A DNA stretch of 64,000 nucleotides, taken from NCBI GenBank assembly GCA_963803435.1, contig CAWDML010000001.1, positions 2,208,001 to 2,272,000 on the forward strand, read 5' to 3'. A program made the position numbers and the translations under genes. The stretch comes from an uncultured delta proteobacterium (GTDB taxonomy: Bacteria; Myxococcota; Kuafuiibacteriia; Kuafuiibacteriales; Kuafuiibacteriaceae). The notes below the pieces were generated by a model. It had not been told where the DNA came from and did no database searches. It saw nothing but the letters and a program-made list of their open reading frames with translations. Within the stretch, counting starts at the first letter, position 1; each line of letters begins with the position of its first letter. This document shows, in pieces, positions 23,081 through 33,149 of this stretch.

Positions 23081-23713
23081 ATGGGGAGCCCGGCGACAAG
23101 CGTCCTGCCCTGGTTCCTCCTGGCCGCGCTCGCCGGTCAGCCCAGGGAGGAGCCGGCCCCGCTGTCCGTCACGCTGGCCAGGGGGAGCCGGATCGTGACC
23201 GCCAGCTTCGACGTCACCTCGGCCTTCACCGAGCAGTTCCGCAAACGGCTCAACGGCGGCATCCTGAGCACGGTCGAGATCGAGATGAAGCTGCTCGACA
23301 CGGACAACGCGGAGGTCGCCGCGACCTCGCGCCGCTGTGATCTGCGCCTCGACATCTGGGACGACGTCCTGCTGGTTCGCATCCAGGATCCGGAGCGTAC
23401 CCAGCGCAAGCGCTTCATCGCGGTCGACGAGGGGCTCAAGGCCTGTGGCGACGTCGATCGCGCCGTGATCGCCGACGGCACGCTCCTCACCCGGCCCGCC
23501 GGCTACCGGCTCTACGTGGCGGTCTCCCTCAACCCGGTCTCGGAGGATCTGCTCGAGCGGTCCCGGGAGTTCAGCTCGAATCCGCGGGGCGGCGGCGCCG
23601 GTCGCCCACCTTCGCTGTTGGGCGGCGTGGCCAAGCTCTTCCACGGGGATTCGACGGCGGGAGGGCAGACGTTTTACTTCCAATCGCAGATGCTGGTGAG
23701 ACCGGGAGGTTGA
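23081..23713 (+). CDS. DUF4390-like exported protein
   Basis: ATG at 23081; FDV..AF, L..G, C..RLDIWDD pattern; located upstream of an NtrY-type kinase. Confidence 0.6.
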   Translation: MGSPATSVLPWFLLAALAGQPREEPAPLSVTLARGSRIVTASFDVTSAFTEQFRKRLNGGILSTVEIEMKLLDTDNAEVAATSRRCDLRLDIWDDVLLVRIQDPERTQRKRFIAVDEGLKACGDVDRAVIADGTLLTRPAGYRLYVAVSLNPVSEDLLERSREFSSNPRGGGAGRPPSLLGGVAKLFHGDSTAGGQTFYFQSQMLVRPGG

Positions 23714-23716
23714 GCG

Positions 23717-25258
23717 ATGCTGCCGAGGATCTCCAGGTTCGAGCGCCGCATCATCATCGCGATCCTCCTCTGCGCGCTCACGCCCTTCCTCTTCTCGCTC
23801 TTCTTCATCCCGCAGATCATCGAGTCCCGATTGGCGCTCTCGATGCACCAGGACGTGCGCGAGCAGCTCGAGGAGAGCGCCCTCTTCTACCGGGAGTTCT
23901 TCGACGCCAAGAAGCGCGAGTACTCGGCCCGCGCCGAGTCGATCTCCAAGGATCCGGTCCTCATCCGCGCGGCCAAGGCGAGGAAGGTCGAGGACGTGAA
24001 GGAGCGCGTCGGACAGATCCTCGCCGACAACGCCGAGGTCCGGCGCGTGCGCGTATTCTCCGCCGCGGGCGATCTCCTGACGGAGCTCCCCGGCCCACCT
24101 GAACGGCTGAGCGACGAGTTCGTGCCCAAGACGCTGGCGCTGCCGCTCGGCATCGGTGATGCGCCGATGATGGAGATCGAGTTCATCCTACCGCGACGCT
24201 ACCTGACCGATCGCGCCGACGCCGAGGAGGTCGCCACGCTCTACGCCACCTCGCTCAAGACCGAGGGCGATCGCGCGCGCTCGTTCTACCTCGGGTACAT
24301 CGCGATCACCGCGATCGTGGTGGTGATGGCGCTGTGGGTCGGCTTCCTGCTGGCGCGTGGCGTGACCAAGCGAATCGCGCGGCTGGCCCTGGCCACCGAG
24401 CGCGTGGCCCGGGGCGAATCGGGCTTCACGGTGCCGGTCGGAGGCAGCGACGAGATCTCCGAGCTGATCGGAGGTTTCAACCGGATGATCGAGGAGGTGG
24501 CCGAAGCGCGCGATCGGATCGTCTATCTGGAGAAGGTCTCGGGTTGGCAGGAGTTTGCAAGAAGGCTTGCACACGAGATCAAGAACCCGCTGACCCCGAT
24601 CCGGCTCTCGATCCAGGAGCTGCGGCGCCGGGCCCCCGAGACCGATGCGCGTTTCAAGAAGCTGGTGGAGGACGCCACCGACGTCGTCGAGGAGGAGATC
24701 GGCGCGCTCACCCGCCTGGTCGACGAGTTCTCTCAGTTCGCGCGCCTGCCCGAGGTGATCCCGGAGCAGGTGGAGATGAACGGCTATCTGCTGGAGTTCC
24801 TGGCGGCCCACCACAACTTCGAGCCCGACGCAAAGCTCACGCTCGAGGTGGAGTCGGACGATATCCAGGCCGGCATCGATCGCGTGCTGATGCGGCGCGT
24901 GCTCTCGAACCTGGTGATGAACGCGATCCAGGCGGCCGGGAAAGGTACCTCGGAGATCGAGGTCCGGTGCGCGCAGATCCCGGCGACGCGCATGATCGAG
25001 CTCAGGGTCGAGGACAACGGGCCGGGCGTTCCGCAGGATCTGGGCGAGAAGATCTTCGAGCCCTACTACACGACCAAACCGGAGGGCACCGGCCTGGGCC
25101 TGGCGATCGTGAAGAAGATCGTCCTGCAGCACGGCGGATCGATCGCGCTCCGGCGCAGCGCCAAGGGGGGCGCAGCGTTCGTGATCCTGCTTCCGCCGCT
25201 GGAGAAGACGCGCGCAACGCGGATCCCGAAGCCAGAACGCCGGGAAGCCGGGGCGTAG
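23717..25258 (+). CDS. HAMP-containing sensor histidine kinase (NtrY-like)
   Basis: Two TM segments, HAMP, WQEFARRLAHEIKNPLTPI, NLVMNA, DNGPG, GTGLGL. Confidence 0.9.
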   Translation: MLPRISRFERRIIIAILLCALTPFLFSLFFIPQIIESRLALSMHQDVREQLEESALFYREFFDAKKREYSARAESISKDPVLIRAAKARKVEDVKERVGQILADNAEVRRVRVFSAAGDLLTELPGPPERLSDEFVPKTLALPLGIGDAPMMEIEFILPRRYLTDRADAEEVATLYATSLKTEGDRARSFYLGYIAITAIVVVMALWVGFLLARGVTKRIARLALATERVARGESGFTVPVGGSDEISELIGGFNRMIEEVAEARDRIVYLEKVSGWQEFARRLAHEIKNPLTPIRLSIQELRRRAPETDARFKKLVEDATDVVEEEIGALTRLVDEFSQFARLPEVIPEQVEMNGYLLEFLAAHHNFEPDAKLTLEVESDDIQAGIDRVLMRRVLSNLVMNAIQAAGKGTSEIEVRCAQIPATRMIELRVEDNGPGVPQDLGEKIFEPYYTTKPEGTGLGLAIVKKIVLQHGGSIALRRSAKGGAAFVILLPPLEKTRATRIPKPERREAGA

Positions 25259-25330
25259 CGCGAGTCGCGTCGGGTCACCCGACGATTGCGGTGGCACTCA
25301 CTTGCGAGCGCTTGCTCATCGTCCGACGGC

Positions 25331-26290
25331 TTGCCTATCGTCCGCTCCTTGCTGCGGCCAAAGCACCTCCTGCTCACCCTGCTCCTCACCGCGTGCGGCG
25401 GGCCGCAGAAGCCGGCGTCGAATGACGATGCTCCTCCGCCGCCGAAGCGGACGCGGCCGGTCCACTCCGACGCTCCGCCCGGACAGGCCGAGCTGGACGC
25501 GGCCATGACGGCGGCGCGGAAGGGTGATCTGGACGCGGCCGTCGAGCGCGCCCAGGCGGCGATCGCGGCAAATCCCCAGCTCGAGAACGCGTACCTGCTG
25601 TACGGGAGCGCCTGCGCGATGAAGCAGGACGCGTGCGAGGCCGACGCCTACCAGAAGGGGCTCGCGGCGCTGCCGCGCTCCGTCGCGCTGAAGAAGGCGA
25701 TGGCGCTGGTCCATCTGGGAAAGAACGAGATGGACCAGGCGATCGCCATGCTCGAGGAGGTGAACGACGGCAAGGACACCGAGGTGATGTCGGACCTGGC
25801 CTACGCGTACATCTTCGTGGACCGGGCCGACGAGGGCGAGCAGCTCGCGAACAAGGCGCTCGAGATCGACCCCAAGTGTTTCCAGTGCAACATGACGCTG
25901 GGCCAGATCCACCTGATCAAGAAGCGGTACGATCGTGCGATCGCGGTCTACAGTCGTGCGAGCGAGCTGGTTCCGGAGGATCCGGCGCCACGGCGAAAGC
26001 TGGCGCAGGCGACCTACCTGGCCGGCAAGAAGAAGGAAGCCCTGGCGCTGTACGCCGCGGAGCTGGAGAAGACCGGCGACGACGACGGGCTCCGGTTCGA
26101 GTACGCCAAGGCGCTGCTCGGCGCCAAGAAGGCCAAGGATGCGGCCGGTGAGCTCCAGAAGCTCCTCTCGAAGAACCAGGACGAGCCGAACCTCCTCAAG
26201 CTGCTCCTGAAGGCGCAGCAGCAGGCCAAGGACAAGAAGGGCGTGAAGGCGACCGCCGCGCGTCTGAAGAAGCTGGGAGTGAAACCGTGA
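25331..26290 (+). CDS. TPR-repeat lipoprotein
   Basis: LTAC lipobox; multiple TPR helix pairs (A....P, LG..Y). Confidence 0.75.
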   Translation: MPIVRSLLRPKHLLLTLLLTACGGPQKPASNDDAPPPPKRTRPVHSDAPPGQAELDAAMTAARKGDLDAAVERAQAAIAANPQLENAYLLYGSACAMKQDACEADAYQKGLAALPRSVALKKAMALVHLGKNEMDQAIAMLEEVNDGKDTEVMSDLAYAYIFVDRADEGEQLANKALEIDPKCFQCNMTLGQIHLIKKRYDRAIAVYSRASELVPEDPAPRRKLAQATYLAGKKKEALALYAAELEKTGDDDGLRFEYAKALLGAKKAKDAAGELQKLLSKNQDEPNLLKLLLKAQQQAKDKKGVKATAARLKKLGVKP

Positions 26291-26605
26291 GCGACGATCC
26301 GAAGACCCCGCCCGCACCGGTGCCCGTGCAGATCAAGATTCGAGCTCGATCCGGAGACCGCGCAAGGCACCTACGTCAACATGGCGATGGTGAACCACAA
26401 CGAGACCGAGCTGACGCTCGATTTCATCTATGTCCAGCCGCAAGAGCCGAAGGGAAAGGTCCGGGCGCGGATCATCTCCAGCCCCAAGCACGCGAAGCGG
26501 CTCCTCATCGCGCTCCAGGACTCGATCGCAGGCTACGAGCGGAAGTTCGGCGTCATCGACATCGGGCCCAACCTGGCGATGCCGACGGGCAAGATCCTCA
26601 ACTGA
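26287..26605 (+). CDS. DUF3467 family protein; frameshift at about 26340
   Basis: QIKI/ELDPETAQGTYVNMAMVNH..TE.TLDF..V.ARIISSP.HAKRL. Confidence 0.75.
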
Positions 26606-26608
26606 GTC

Positions 26609-28819
26609 TCATCGCGCTCGGACCGGCGTCGCCTTCAGCGCGGCCTTGCCATCCTTCTCGTAGACCTGGAAGCGGACGGTCCGGCAGTTGTACTTCTTGA
26701 TCAGGTTCTCGCGGTTCTTGGTCAGCTTCACGAGGAAGCGATCGAAGGCGAGATCGGCGGTGGCCTCGCCACACTTGCGACGCATGTCGATGAAGCGCTC
26801 GTACACCTGCTTGAAGTGGGCGTGATCGGCTGCGTCGAGGCCGTGGAGGCTGCCGGGCGAGGGACCCTCCGGCATTCCGTCGCCGGCCGACTGCGCGAGG
26901 AGGTCGGCGGGTACCGAGGCAACGACCGTCGCGTCGGGCTTGGACTCGTGGAGGGCGTGCTCCCCGGTGCCCTCATCCCGCGCCGTCTTGGCGAGCAGCT
27001 CCTCCTGGACCGGCGCGACCACCGTCTCCTCGGGGCCGAAGCTGCCGCCGTCTCCGAGCGAGGCCGATCCGAGACCCGCCGGCGCGTCGAGCGTGAGGCT
27101 GCCGCCGCCGCGAAGACCGACGCCCTGCGACACCGAGTCCTCCGGGGGAATGTAAAACTTCGGCTGCGGCGTCGGACGCGGAGAGGTCAGCGAGCCGGCC
27201 CGGAAGTACTCGGACTGCGACGGCATGAACGGCGACTCGGTCTGAGGTGCCGCGCCGCGGATCGAGGCGGCGGAGCGGGGCGGCTGGGGCGGCGCGCTGA
27301 GCCCGGCGTCGGCGGCCGCGTTCTGCTGAGCCTCCAGCGAGGCGATCGCCTCCGCGATGGCGGCGGCGCTATCGCCGTCCTCCTCGCCGCCGTAGTCGTC
27401 CATCTCGCTCGGCGCCACCTGGGGCAGGCTCATCGAAGCGATCGCCTCGGCGACCGCCGCTTCCTCCTCGTCGCGCGCGTCGTACGCGGCCGGCGGCGGC
27501 TTGATCGGCGAGCGGGCGGTCGACAGCGGCGGAGACGCCGGGGCCGGCGGAAATGTCGAGAGATCGGCGGGCTCGTAGAGATCCTCGTACGCCTCGGGCG
27601 GCGGTGCGGCCTTGGGCCGCTGCGACTGCAGCAGCGGGAGCGGGCTGGTCTGCAGATCCGCGCTGTTCAACCCGGGGAGCTCGCTGATCGGTGAGCCGTC
27701 GGCGAGCGACGTCGACGCCGAGAACGGCCGTGGCGGCATCTTCTGCATCATCATGTTGATGAGGCGGACCAAACGCCGGAACGGTCGGCTCACGTTACGC
27801 TCGGGCAGCTCGGCCTCGCCGCGGCCGAGCTGGATCGCAGAGAGATGCTCGGCGACGCGATCGATCGGCGACACGAACGTCCGGTAGTTCACCAGCCCGA
27901 CCAGCAACGCCAGCATCAGCGACGCGACCAGGACTCCGATCAGGACCTCCTGCCGGCGGGCCAGATCCCGCAGCGGATCGGCGCTCGGGACCGAGAGGAT
28001 CCAGCGGACGTTGTTGGAGGGCGCGGTCGAGGCGTACGAGCTGTAGGCGAGGCCGTCGGCGTACTTGTCGACCAGCACCGGCAGGAAGGGGAGCACGCCG
28101 CTCTCGAGGGGCTTGGTCAGCCGGCCGCCGTGGACCACGCCGACCGCCCTCGCGGAGTCGTCGACCACCTGCTTCGCGAACGCCGGGTCCAGCGTGGTGG
28201 TCACCTCTCCCGATCCGGAGACCACGGTGAGATCGCCGACGAACGACGACGCGAACGTCTTGAGCAGCGCAGGGTTGACCGTCCGTGCGATCAGGACGGC
28301 GCCCTCGGCCCGTCCGTCCTTGACGACAGGGGCGGCGCTCACCAGCGACAGCTTCCCGCGCTCGTCCCAGAAGCCGTCGAGCGCGAACCCTTGCTGCGTG
28401 CGGCGGAAGAGCGGATGTCCGACGATCACGCGCGGGGTCTCCGGGACGTCACTCGCCTGATCGGTGAGCACGATCCGGCCCTCGGCGTCGATCAGCCAGA
28501 CAAAACCGCCCTCGGCGTTGGCGGCGAGCAGCTCGTGCGCGCTCTGGACCGCGGTGTCCTTGCGCCGTCCGGAGCGCCCGAGGTCGTCGAGGATGGCGGC
28601 GTTGCCGATCTCGCGCGCCAGCACCAGCGCGCGGCCGACCTCCTGATGGGCGTCGAGCCGGAGGCTCTGGCTGAGGCTCCGATCGGCGAGCTTGGCGGCG
28701 GTGGCGCCGGCGCGCTCGGCGCGACTGATCTCGGAGGCGGTGTCGACGTAGAGGGCCGCGCCCAGCGGGACGACCACGCAGAGGATGAGAAGGGTGAGGT
28801 GGCGGATCCAGAACGTCAT
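26609..28819 (-). CDS. MXAN_5187-family membrane protein
   Basis: TM, sensor-like region, TM, HAMP-like, Pro-rich linker, C-terminal F..VY..F...R..CGE....L.F..F...VRFQVYEKDGKAALKATP. Confidence 0.75.
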   Translation of the reverse strand: MTFWIRHLTLLILCVVVPLGAALYVDTASEISRAERAGATAAKLADRSLSQSLRLDAHQEVGRALVLAREIGNAAILDDLGRSGRRKDTAVQSAHELLAANAEGGFVWLIDAEGRIVLTDQASDVPETPRVIVGHPLFRRTQQGFALDGFWDERGKLSLVSAAPVVKDGRAEGAVLIARTVNPALLKTFASSFVGDLTVVSGSGEVTTTLDPAFAKQVVDDSARAVGVVHGGRLTKPLESGVLPFLPVLVDKYADGLAYSSYASTAPSNNVRWILSVPSADPLRDLARRQEVLIGVLVASLMLALLVGLVNYRTFVSPIDRVAEHLSAIQLGRGEAELPERNVSRPFRRLVRLINMMMQKMPPRPFSASTSLADGSPISELPGLNSADLQTSPLPLLQSQRPKAAPPPEAYEDLYEPADLSTFPPAPASPPLSTARSPIKPPPAAYDARDEEEAAVAEAIASMSLPQVAPSEMDDYGGEEDGDSAAAIAEAIASLEAQQNAAADAGLSAPPQPPRSAASIRGAAPQTESPFMPSQSEYFRAGSLTSPRPTPQPKFYIPPEDSVSQGVGLRGGGSLTLDAPAGLGSASLGDGGSFGPEETVVAPVQEELLAKTARDEGTGEHALHESKPDATVVASVPADLLAQSAGDGMPEGPSPGSLHGLDAADHAHFKQVYERFIDMRRKCGEATADLAFDRFLVKLTKNRENLIKKYNCRTVRFQVYEKDGKAALKATPVRAR

Positions 28820-28824
28820 CTTCG

Positions 28825-29597
28825 CTACGGGCTGTCGCCCTCGTCCTCATCGGGGGTGGCGCCGGCGGGCGCGGCGGGCGCGGTTTCAGCGCCGGGGGCG
28901 GCGGAGGGGGCGGCGGGGCGGACTCCGCGCGCTCCTGGTCCGACCTGAGATTGAGGGTGCCCACGTCGACGTCGTACTTCTTCACCTCGACGTCCCGGGT
29001 CTCGACCTGGCCGTTGATCCCCAGGACCCGGAGCGCGTACTGCCCCTCGACCGCGTTCAGCTCGAAGCTGCCGCGCTCGTCGGGCATCGCCACCAGCCCC
29101 AGGTCGCCGACGTGGATGACTCCGCGGATGTGCGGCCACTCCTTCACCCGGATCGGGCGAAGCTCGGACTCGCCCGCACCCTTGATCGCGCTGCAGGTGT
29201 ACGCCTTCTCCTCGTTCGGCTTGAGAACACCGAACGACTCGTCACCGATCACCACCGTGATCGGATCGCGCTCTTCGTTGACCAGGATCACCTTCGCATC
29301 CACTTCACAGGCCGAGACTTTCGGAACGATCTCGAGGCCGCGGAAGGTCATCCGGAGGTGCTCGGTGGCCTCGGGGAGGACCTTCGACTCGTTCGCGCGC
29401 AGGAAGATCACGACGTCGGTCGTGAGCGCTTCGAGGCTCTTGGCGGGGGCCGCCACTTGCGTCACGGTGTAGCCGAGCTTCTCCTCTGTCGTCTCTGCGC
29501 GGGCGCGCCGAACGGTCCCTCGGACGCGCGCCGCCGCCGCGAGGCCGGGGCAGGCGAGCGCCGCCGCGGTGAGTATGGTGCAGAAAAGCCGTCTCAT
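28825..29597 (-). CDS. Exported hypothetical protein; frameshift at about 28915
   Basis: Signal peptide MRRLFCTILTAAALAC..AAA; beta-rich body; low-complexity tail continues in another frame. Confidence 0.55.
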
Positions 29598-29657
29598 GAC
29601 GCGGTGTTCGGATAAATTGCAGGATCCGGAGAACGTGTCAAACAAGGTGGCGCGCCG

Positions 29658-31068
29658 ATGTCCGCACCCCTCCCCACAGTGAAACAGGTTTGGGCGGCGC
29701 GCCTCGCGCCGGCGCTCTGGCTCGGCGCGGGCCTGTGGGATTTGGCCCTCGACGACCCGCGGCTACGATTTCCGGCCCATCTGGTCGCGGTCGCGCTCAT
29801 GGGCGCCGCCTGGCTCGCGCTGCTCCACGCGGCGCCGACCCTCTCTCGGCGCCAGGTCTGGACGCTCGTCGGGGTGGGCCTCGCGCTCCGGATCGCGGCG
29901 CTCTTCGCCGCCCCCGCCTTCTCCGACGACGTATTTCGATACGTCTATGAGGGTCGGGTCGTGTGGTACCGCGGCCCCGCCTTTCCCTTCGCCCATCCGC
30001 CGGCCGACGCGCCCGCGCTCGGCGTTCCGCCGCATCTCCTCGACGAGGCGTGGCGCCGGATCAACCACCCGGACATCTCGACGATCTACCCGCCCTTCGC
30101 GCAGGCCGTGTTTGCCGCCGCCGGCGGGCTCGGCGAGCTGTTCGGCCGCACGCTCCTCTGGCTCAAGCTCCTCCTGGTCCTCGCCGATTCTCGGGACCTG
30201 GGCCACGCTGGCCGCGGTGCTCCACCGGCAGGGGCGGCCGATCGGGTCGTCGATCGCGTGGGGCCTGTGCCCGCTGACGGTCCTGGAGATCGCGCGCGAG
30301 GGACACGCCGACGTGCTGAGCGCGCTCGGCCTCGCCCTCGGCCTGGCAGCGTTCGTCGCGGCCCGCCCGCGGCTCGGCTATGCGGCCTTCGCGACGGCCG
30401 CGCTCGCCAAGCTCAACGGGCTCGTCGCGCTGCTCGCCGCCGCCCGCACCACGCGCAGGGGCCTCGCCGTCGGCCTCGGGCTCGCCGCGCTCCTCGGAGT
30501 CCCCTTCCTCCTCGCAGGCGCGCACGCGGGCTTCGGCCTCACGCAATACGCGACGCGCTGGCGCGCCGGCGACGGCCTGTTCTCCCTGGTGCTGCGGGGG
30601 TCCGAGGCGATCCTCGGCGGCGACTGGCGCCGGCTCACCGGCTCGGGGCTCACGATCACGAAACAGGCGCTGGCGCGGGGGCTGACGGCGCTCCTCGGCG
30701 CCGGCGTTTTGATCGCGATCCTACGGTCGCGCGCGCCGGTCGAGGCCATCCCCCGCCGCGCCGGCCTCTTGCTCCTCGCCTTGCTCCTGATCAGCCCGAC
30801 GCTCCATCCGTGGTACGTCGCGTGGGTCCTCCCGTTCACCGTGCTCGCCGACTTCAGCGGACGTCGCGCCGTCCTCGCGCTCGCCCTGCTCGCGCCGCTC
30901 CTCCACCACCCCGGATGGCTCGAGCTCTCTACCGGGAGGTGGACCGACCTCGCGTGGATCCGCGCCCTCGTGCACGTCCCGGTGTGGGCGTTGCTCCTGG
31001 TCGATCTGGCTCCCGGTTTCCGTCCGGGCTACCCTGCGGGCCCGTGCCGGTCGAGCAAGGTCTCCTGA
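29658..31068 (+). CDS. GT-C (GT87-like) membrane glycosyltransferase; frameshift at about 30190
   Basis: SDDVFRYVYEG, INHP..STIYPP.AQ, then P..VLE....GH.D, K, SPTLHPWY in ORF 29947..31068. Confidence 0.8.
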
Positions 31069-31860
31069 TCGCGGTCAAGGACGGCGTCGTCGAGCTGACG
31101 GCGGACGTCGTCGATCCCCAGCGGGACGCCGCCGAGACTTTCCTCAACAGCGTCAACGAGATCCTGTTCGATCATCAGTACCAGGCGATGACGGATTCCG
31201 ACGATCCTGAACCCGCCCGACCTCGCGCTGGCCTCCTGCATCGTCTCCCGCGATCCGATCCCTGACGCCCTCAAGGACGGGCTCATCAGCCTGGGCTTCA
31301 CGCCGGTGGAGAGCGAGGCCGGCGGGCGCGCCGACCGATCCCTCTTCTCCCGCTTCCAGAAGCGGACCCGGTCGAAGCTGGACAAGTGGATGACGCCGTA
31401 TCTGCGGGCCGCCGACGTCAGCGAGCGCCTCGGCGAGCTCGAGGAGTCGCTGATCGAAGACGTGCCCGAGGGGGACCTGGGCGACGTCGCCGACGCCGCC
31501 AGCCGAGCCCTCGCCGACGCCGTGCGCACGATCTTCCGCCTCCTGATCTCGACCGACCTCGAGGGCATGCGGCAGCTCGAGCGCGCCCTCCTCCAGGAGC
31601 GCGCCCAGGCCAAGGGCCGCCTGGTCCTCCACCCCTCCGCCGTGCGGGCCCTCACCGCGTTCACCGGGGAGACGATCCGCCGCCTCGCCCCGGCCTCTCG
31701 CTGGGACGCGGACGAGGGGCCCCTGCTGGTGGACTCCGGCCGCGGCGCGCCGGTCGCCTCCGATCCGGAGTTTCGGGCCGTCAAGTTCGTCGTCCGGGGC
31801 AACAAGGAGCTCCTGACCGCCTACGTCGATTCCGTCGTCACGCAGAGCCGCGGCCGGTAG
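31044..31860 (+). CDS. Hypothetical protein; frameshift at about 31215
   Basis: GC3-rich reading from the tail of ORF 29658..31265 into ORF 31306..31860. Confidence 0.5.
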
Positions 31861-31904
31861 AAGTTGACCGATACCCTCGATCTTCAGCAGGTTGGGTCCC
31901 CGTG

Positions 31905-33146
31905 ATGAAGATTTTCGCTCTTCCGCTTGCGACGTTGTTCCTCACGTCGACCGCGGCGGCCCAGGACAGCAAGACGGTGCTCGTGCTCCCCTACCAACCG
32001 ATCTACCAATCGGTGGAGCAGAGGAAGGCCCAGACCGCGACGGAGCTGCTCAGCAAGGAGCTCTCCAACAAGGAGGGCCTCGCGGTGATCCGCGGCGCTG
32101 TCGCCGAGAACAAGAGCGCGGTCACCTCGCTCGACGAGGCCGACAAGCTCCTCGCCCAGGCGACCCAGGCCGAGAACGAGCGCCGCATCGACGATGCGAT
32201 CGACCTCCGCAAGAAGGCGGTCGATTCGATGGAGAAGAACGTCGCCGCCATCGCCAACGCCGACGACTACCTCATGGCGCAGCACCTCCTGGCGCGCGCG
32301 CTGATGTGGGCGGCGCGCGACAAGGAGGCGAAGGATCCGATCGCGGTGACGGCACGCATGGATCCCGGCTTCGATCTCCCGCGCGCCCAGTTCTCCCGGC
32401 TCTACCGGAAATGGTTCAAGGCGGCCGGCGAGGAGGCGCTCCGATTGCGTCCGTCGGCGCTCCTGGTGAAGAGCACGATCCCCGGTGCCAAGATCTGGTT
32501 CGACGGCCGTGAGATGGAGGTGACTCCGGTCCTCCTGAAGAAGGCCATCCCGGGCAAACATCTGGTGCGCGCCTCGATCGAAGGTGTCCCGCCGTCGGGC
32601 GCGATCGTGAGCGTCGACGACAAGAAGCAGGCCGAGGTCACGATCAGCTTCGGCGCCACCATGGGCGGTGACGCCGTGGGCCGCGTCGCAGAGGCGGTCT
32701 CTCAAAACGAGCTGCCCGCCAAGGCGATCCAGAGCGCCGTCCAGGCGGGCAAGGAGGCGTCCGCCAAGTACGTGGTGCTCGGCGGCATGGCCAAGGCCGA
32801 CGATCACTTCCGCGTGCACACGTTCGTCGTCGACGTCGAGAAGTCGGCCGTGAAGTCGCTCGACGTGGTGAAGTTCGACCTCGATCTCCTCACCGCCGAG
32901 TCGGACGTCCTCCGCATCGTCCGCAGCATTCAGGGGAGCCTGGCCGACGCCTCCGCCGGGCAGGCCGAGGTGAAGCGCATCGAGGACAGCATCAAGGTCC
33001 AGAGCACCGTCAACGAGGCGATCGCGCGCCCGTCGCTCACCAGCTTCGCCAAGAAGGACGACGACGGCGGCAAGAAGGACGACAAGCGACGGGTCTACCA
33101 GCCGCTCAAGAGCGGCAAGGTGAAGATCAAGGATGACGAGGAGTGA
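31905..33146 (+). CDS. PEGA-domain exported protein
   Basis: Signal peptide; L.VKSTIPGAKIWFDG....TP......PGKH. Confidence 0.75.
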   Translation: MKIFALPLATLFLTSTAAAQDSKTVLVLPYQPIYQSVEQRKAQTATELLSKELSNKEGLAVIRGAVAENKSAVTSLDEADKLLAQATQAENERRIDDAIDLRKKAVDSMEKNVAAIANADDYLMAQHLLARALMWAARDKEAKDPIAVTARMDPGFDLPRAQFSRLYRKWFKAAGEEALRLRPSALLVKSTIPGAKIWFDGREMEVTPVLLKKAIPGKHLVRASIEGVPPSGAIVSVDDKKQAEVTISFGATMGGDAVGRVAEAVSQNELPAKAIQSAVQAGKEASAKYVVLGGMAKADDHFRVHTFVVDVEKSAVKSLDVVKFDLDLLTAESDVLRIVRSIQGSLADASAGQAEVKRIEDSIKVQSTVNEAIARPSLTSFAKKDDDGGKKDDKRRVYQPLKSGKVKIKDDEE

Positions 33147-33149
33147 CGG

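Noticed and set aside
21692-23713. Omp85-DUF4390 fusion
   Set aside because: The barrel C-terminus lies in another frame ending at 23078; a separate ATG is at 23081
28860-28925. G-rich stretch as a G-quadruplex or poly-Pro tract
   Set aside because: Explained by an Ala/Pro low-complexity coding tail with a probable indel
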